In this document: one piece after another, positions 59,085 to 64,000 of the stretch
Numbering within the stretch: position 1 is the stretch's first letter
Layout of the letters: each line of letters begins with the position of its first letter
Assembly: GCF_963921235.1 (NCBI RefSeq)
Contig: NC_086097.1
Location: forward strand, 81,346,001 to 81,410,000
DNA: 64,000 nucleotides
Reading direction: 5' to 3'
From: Mobula hypostoma
Taxonomy: Eukaryota
Notes under the pieces: generated by a model
Database searches by the model: none
The model's input: only the letters and a program-made list of their open reading frames with translations
Told to the model about the DNA's origin: nothing
Made by a program: the position numbers and the translations under genes

Positions 59085-60584
59085 CATTGGTGCTAGAAAG
59101 TTTGTGAATGTATTTCTGCATAGATATGACCTAAAATGTGATCAGGTATTCATGCAAGTCCTAAAACTAGATAAAGAGAACCCAATTAAACAATAATATA
59201 AAAAACATTATACTTATTCATTTATTTATTGAGAAAAATGTACTAATATTACATATATTTAGAAAAAGCATGTGAAACTCTGAGGTAATGCCTTCTATAA
59301 AAGCAATTTGGAGTCAGGTGTTCCTAAGATGAAATGAGATTGTTGTTGTGGACGTTAGAGGTGCTCTGCCTTATTAAAAAGACACAAAAAGTCAGTTTAT
59401 TACATAACCTGCTCTTCTCTTGTGTACAACATTCCTCAATCAAAACAACTTTCAGAGAACCTTTGAAGAAGAATCACAGACATGCATGAAGCTGGAAAAG
59501 GCTACAAAAGCATTTCAAAAGACCTGAATGTTCATTAGTCCACAATAAGAGAAATTGTCTACAGGGGAAACTCAGTACTGTTGCTACTCTCCCTAGGAGT
59601 GGGCATCCTGCAAAGATCACATCAAGAGCACAACATTCAGTGCTGAAGGAAGTGAAAAAGAGCCCGAGGGTAACAGTAAAAGACCTGCAGAAATCTCTAG
59701 AACTTGCTGAAGTCTCTGTTCATATGTCCACTATAAGAAAAACATTGAACAAGAATGGTGTCCATGGATGAACACCACAGAGGAAACCACTGCTCTCTAA
59801 AAATAATACTCAACTTAGCAAAAGACCACCTGGATGTTCTACAACTCTTGTGGGACAATGTTCTGTAGACAGATGAGACAAAAGTTGAACTTTTTGATGG
59901 AAATGTACATTGCTATGTTTGGAGGGAAAAGGATATGTCACACCAACACCAAAACTTGATCCCAAATGTGAAGCATGGTGAAAGAAGCATCGTAGTTTGG
60001 GGCTGCCTTGCTGCCTCAGGACCTGGACAGCTTGCAATAATTGAGAGAACAATGAATGCAAAATTGTATCAAGACATTTTACAGGAGAATGTCAGGGTAG
60101 CCGTCCATCACTTGAAGCTTAATAAAAGTTGGATGATGCAACAAGACAATGATCCAAAAGAAAAATGGTTTAAACAGAATGGTTTAAAAAGAACAAAATT
60201 CATGTTTTAGAATAGCCAAGTCAAACTCCTGACCTTAATCCTAAGTAATGTTGTGGAAGGACCTGAAGCAAGCAGTTCACACAAGGAAGTCCACCAACAT
60301 CCCAGAGTTGAAGCAGTTGAAGAAGGAATGGCCTAACATTTCTCCAAGCTGACATGCTGGTCTGATCAACAGTTACCGGAAACATTTGGATGAAGTTACT
60401 GCTGTGCAAGGGAGTCACACCAGTTACTGAAAGCAAAGGTTCACATGCTATTCCCAACTAATACACATAATATTGGATCATTTTTCTCAGTAAATAAATG
60501 TATGAATAATGATCACATTTTAGATCATACCTATGCAGAAACAGAGAAAGTTCTACAGGGCTCACAAGCTTTCTAGCATCACTG
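59085..60584 (+). mobile_element. Older degenerate Tc1-family transposon
   Basis: TA|CATTGGTGCTAGAAAGTTTGTGA ... TCACAAGCTTTCTAGCATCACTG termini; TDETKVELF, VKHGERSIVVWGC, QQDNDPK, SQTPDLNP motifs with many stops. Confidence 0.9.
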
Positions 60585-60819
60585 TTGACTTGCTCAATGT
60601 TTGGAATGAGATCGTCCAAAGAACAATTGCCTTTGAAAAGTCTGCTGGAGGAACTCAGCAGGTCGAAAACTGTACGCACTGCGGGCAGGGGAGGGGAATA
60701 TTGATGTTTTGGGTTGAAACCCTACATCAGAAGTTAAAGGCACTTCATATATAAAAAGATGGAATCCCAACTGAGAAAGTAGAGAGTAAAATATAACCTG
60801 AATAGACTGTATGGATTTC

Positions 60820-62260
60820 AAAGCAGAATTGACTAATGCCATTGAATTCTTTGCAAAGGTTACAGAGAGAATTGACAATGGCATTGCAGTAAACATAATC
60901 CATCTAGATCTCCAGTAATCCATCAACACAGTACCATACAACTGATAAATAAGGCAACAGCAAGTGGAATCAGGAGACAATCAGCAGAATGAATGCCTGG
61001 TTATCAGGCTTCAAAACAGAAGGTTATGAGTTCGGTGAAATAAGAACAATTCGGAGTCCAAGAAAGCAGAATGTGGGCCCTCCCATAAAGGACAATGTTG
61101 GAATGTTTTCCACAATAATATTATGAATTCAGACCACACAGTCAAAACCTCCAAAGTGGACTGAAGGAACCTGACAAATAGCAAGACATAAATAATTGCA
61201 AAATATATGAATACATGACAAATGAATTTCAATATAAAGGAAGTCTACACTTTATTAAGAAAAAATAAGGTCACATAAGAATTGGAAAATAACCTTTAAA
61301 GTTGAATTTTTGAATGCAAAACGTTTTTAGTTATTGTACAAACCCAAACGTAAGGTATGTTTTTACCATAACCAGCGGGTGGTGGTAAAATCATACCATT
61401 CATCTAGGTTTACTTCTGGAGACAGCCTTGAGAAGACAAATAATGTGTTACACGTATCAAATTTTGGATAACCAATGTTAGTATTGAGCACAATTTTATT
61501 CACTGTTTTATGAAAATGATAATAACATTAAAAATAACAGTAAACCATTTTGCCCCTTATTCTAATAATTCACAAAGATTGCACCTGTCTTTTTTGCCTC
61601 AACATCATTTTCCTGTACTAAGTCCAAATCCCTCAATTTCCTTAATACCTAAATACCCTTTTATGTATTCAGCAAGCAGAATTTTTAATAATTCTACTAA
61701 TTCACAACTATCTTTGGTTAACAAATTTCTTCTTATCCATCTCAAAGGACTGACCCCTTTATTTGAAACTGTGACCTCTGGTTCCAGACCCTTTCACCAA
61801 GGGAAATATTAACTCCATATTGACCTTTTCAAGACCATTCAGAATTAATGGTTCAATCACTTCTCTTCCAATATCTGGAGAATACCTGCCTGACTGCTTA
61901 CTGGTGTAATTTTGCAGTACTTTCTCAATCATAAGTGAACCCTCTTTTAGGAAAGGTGACCTCCCTAACAGCAAACAACATTCAATCTCTCATACACAAC
62001 CGTACTACTTTTTCTACTTAAGTAGAAGATTTGCATTTTTCTCTATCACATTCCCATTCACTTAATTTATAGTTCCATTAAGCCATTCTGTATTCTCCTT
62101 CCAGTCCACACTGACACCTTGCTTTGAATCATCAGCATCTTGGATCCAGTTGACTTGACCTCATCCATATCAGAGGCCAATAGTGAACATCTGGACTCTG
62201 AGCACCTATCCCTGCAGTACCCCTCTGCTCAGAGCCTCAAGCCCTGAACATTACTTACTT
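60820..62260. mobile_element. Ancient CR1 remnants (+ strand about 60820-61280; - strand about 61600-62260)
   Basis: LTNAIEFFAKVTERIDNGIAV on +; GLEKVNMELIFPLVKGSGTRGHSFK on -. Confidence 0.5.
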
Positions 62261-62627
62261 CTTTCTGCTACTTTCTATCCTTTAAGGAACGGTAGTCCTG
62301 TTGCCTAAATCTCCAGTGATATGTGCCTAATCCTGATCTCCTGTGCTGTGTATCACATGGAATTTGAATATTCCTTCTCACATCCTAAAGACGACCAGTT
62401 GTTAGGTTAATTTGTATCCATACATCATTGTGAGTGCACTAGTAGCGGGAGAATCAGGGAAGAGCTGAATGGCGTATGGGTTGTAAAAGTAAAGAGGTGA
62501 ATAGGACTGATGATATTGGTTTGGGAGCTGGCCTACACTTGATCGGCTGAATAACCTGTGGTAAAAAAACGTTGTTAGAATTAGGCAGAGAAAGCAAACT
62601 TAATCCAATTTGATTGTTACACACAAG

Positions 62628-62800
62628 ATCATAACATATAGGAACAGAATTAGGCCAACTGGATCATTGAATCTGCTCCAACATTCCATCATGGCTCACC
62701 CAATTCTCTTCTCAGCCCAATCTCCTGCCTTCTCCCCCTATTCCTTCATGCCTCTGCCTTAAATATACACAATGTCATGGCCTCCTCAGCTGCCTCCACA
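62628..62800 (-). mobile_element. CR1 3' terminal fragment
   Basis: CATAACATATAGGAACAGAATTAGGCCA...CTCAGCCCAATCTCCTGCCTTCTCCCC, similar to 16435-16625. Confidence 0.75.
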
Positions 62801-64000
62801 TCAACTTGCTGTACCGATTGAACAAAATCCAGTTAATTCTACGAAACTGTAGTATAATTAAGTCTTATGCATGAATGATAGGTCATAATCAGTATTTTAG
62901 TAGTGTGCATGGGGTATTGGATGAATTTGCTATTATTAGTTTCGGATTACTAAATTGAATTTTTGATGGCAGTGTTTTGTATTTATTACACAGGATTCAA
63001 TATTTGTTCGTCTTGCAATTTTAAGGACTCTTTGATGACTATAAACATGTGGAATCAACTAATTTGTTTTTTCCCAACGGAAGATGAGTATGCATACTGT
63101 ATATGCCCTAGATTTTGCAACTATCAATCAATCTCCTGCACCCTTCCCCAGAAGTGGCAATAGATTGATCGATGGGTGCTTAAGTCAGGGCAAGTATGCT
63201 CATCAGTTAGGTGTCAGATATGCACACTTATAGGTTTGTTTAAATATTTAAGATGAGAAAGATAAGTTCCTTGGTTTTGTGGTTAACACCGGAAGAATGA
63301 TCAACAGCATATTTACTAATGGTACAGTATAGTAAGCATCCAGTGCTGGATTAGCTTTGGTTCTAATGGCTTCCAATCCAATTACAACCAGATTCGCAGT
63401 TTTCTTACAACTTGTAGATAATACAGTACAGGAATTTTGCCAAGCTAAGGGAAGACTTCACTCGGAAAAATATCCCAATATGATCCATTGTCTTATGAAA
63501 AAGAAGATTAAATAGAAAATTACATACTATAAAATAGTCAGGTTGAATAAACATAATATTAAGGCTAATAATAACTCACTGCTTTCTGTAGTATGTTTGG
63601 CATCCAGTCAGCCATGATAGAAACTTCATTGATAAAGATGTACAGTGAGAGATTTTATTTGTCTAGTAATACATTTTCACACTGATCATAAATTGCATAA
63701 GACAGACAAAATTATTTTTTTCCCCCACACTGAACCAAGTATGACAGCAGAGGAATGGGACAAAATGTCCTTGTCACTTGCTCTTTTAGGTAACGGATAT
63801 AATGACTAATTATGTTCTGATCATATTGGTATATTGATAAATAGAGAGAAAAAGATCCCAAATAGTCTTATTGAGTTGAGTTAATGATTGATTAAAAAAA
63901 TTAATTAAATGATCTCTTTTTAAACTGCTGACATTGTATTTCTAAAATAAAAAGTGAAAATGTTGGAAACTCTCAAAGGCAAGGCTGTATCTGGGTAAAA

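Overview
Eukaryotic, transposon-dense, non-coding-type vertebrate DNA. The repeat set (CR1 LINEs with zinc-finger/esterase ORF1, Rex1/Babar, Penelope, V-/HE1-type tRNA SINEs, Tc1, hAT) suggests a cartilaginous fish; that assignment is inference. Roughly two thirds of the window is recognisable mobile DNA: five large + strand CR1 copies and one - strand copy, six Rex1/Babar pieces, several Penelope pieces with hammerhead ribozyme cores, three solo LTRs, two Tc1 elements, a hAT element, an RTE fragment and SINEs, several of them nested. No host gene can be named; one candidate - strand exon lies at 5809-5995. No rRNA, tRNA or CRISPR features were seen. The most notable observation is at the CR1 ORF1/ORF2 junction: an in-frame T TTA AAC slippery heptamer sits immediately before the ORF1 stop position, ORF2 is in the -1 frame, and one copy has no AUG upstream of the endonuclease domain. 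This suggests programmed -1 ribosomal frameshifting in a non-LTR retrotransposon (a hypothesis, untested). Boundaries of old elements are approximate.
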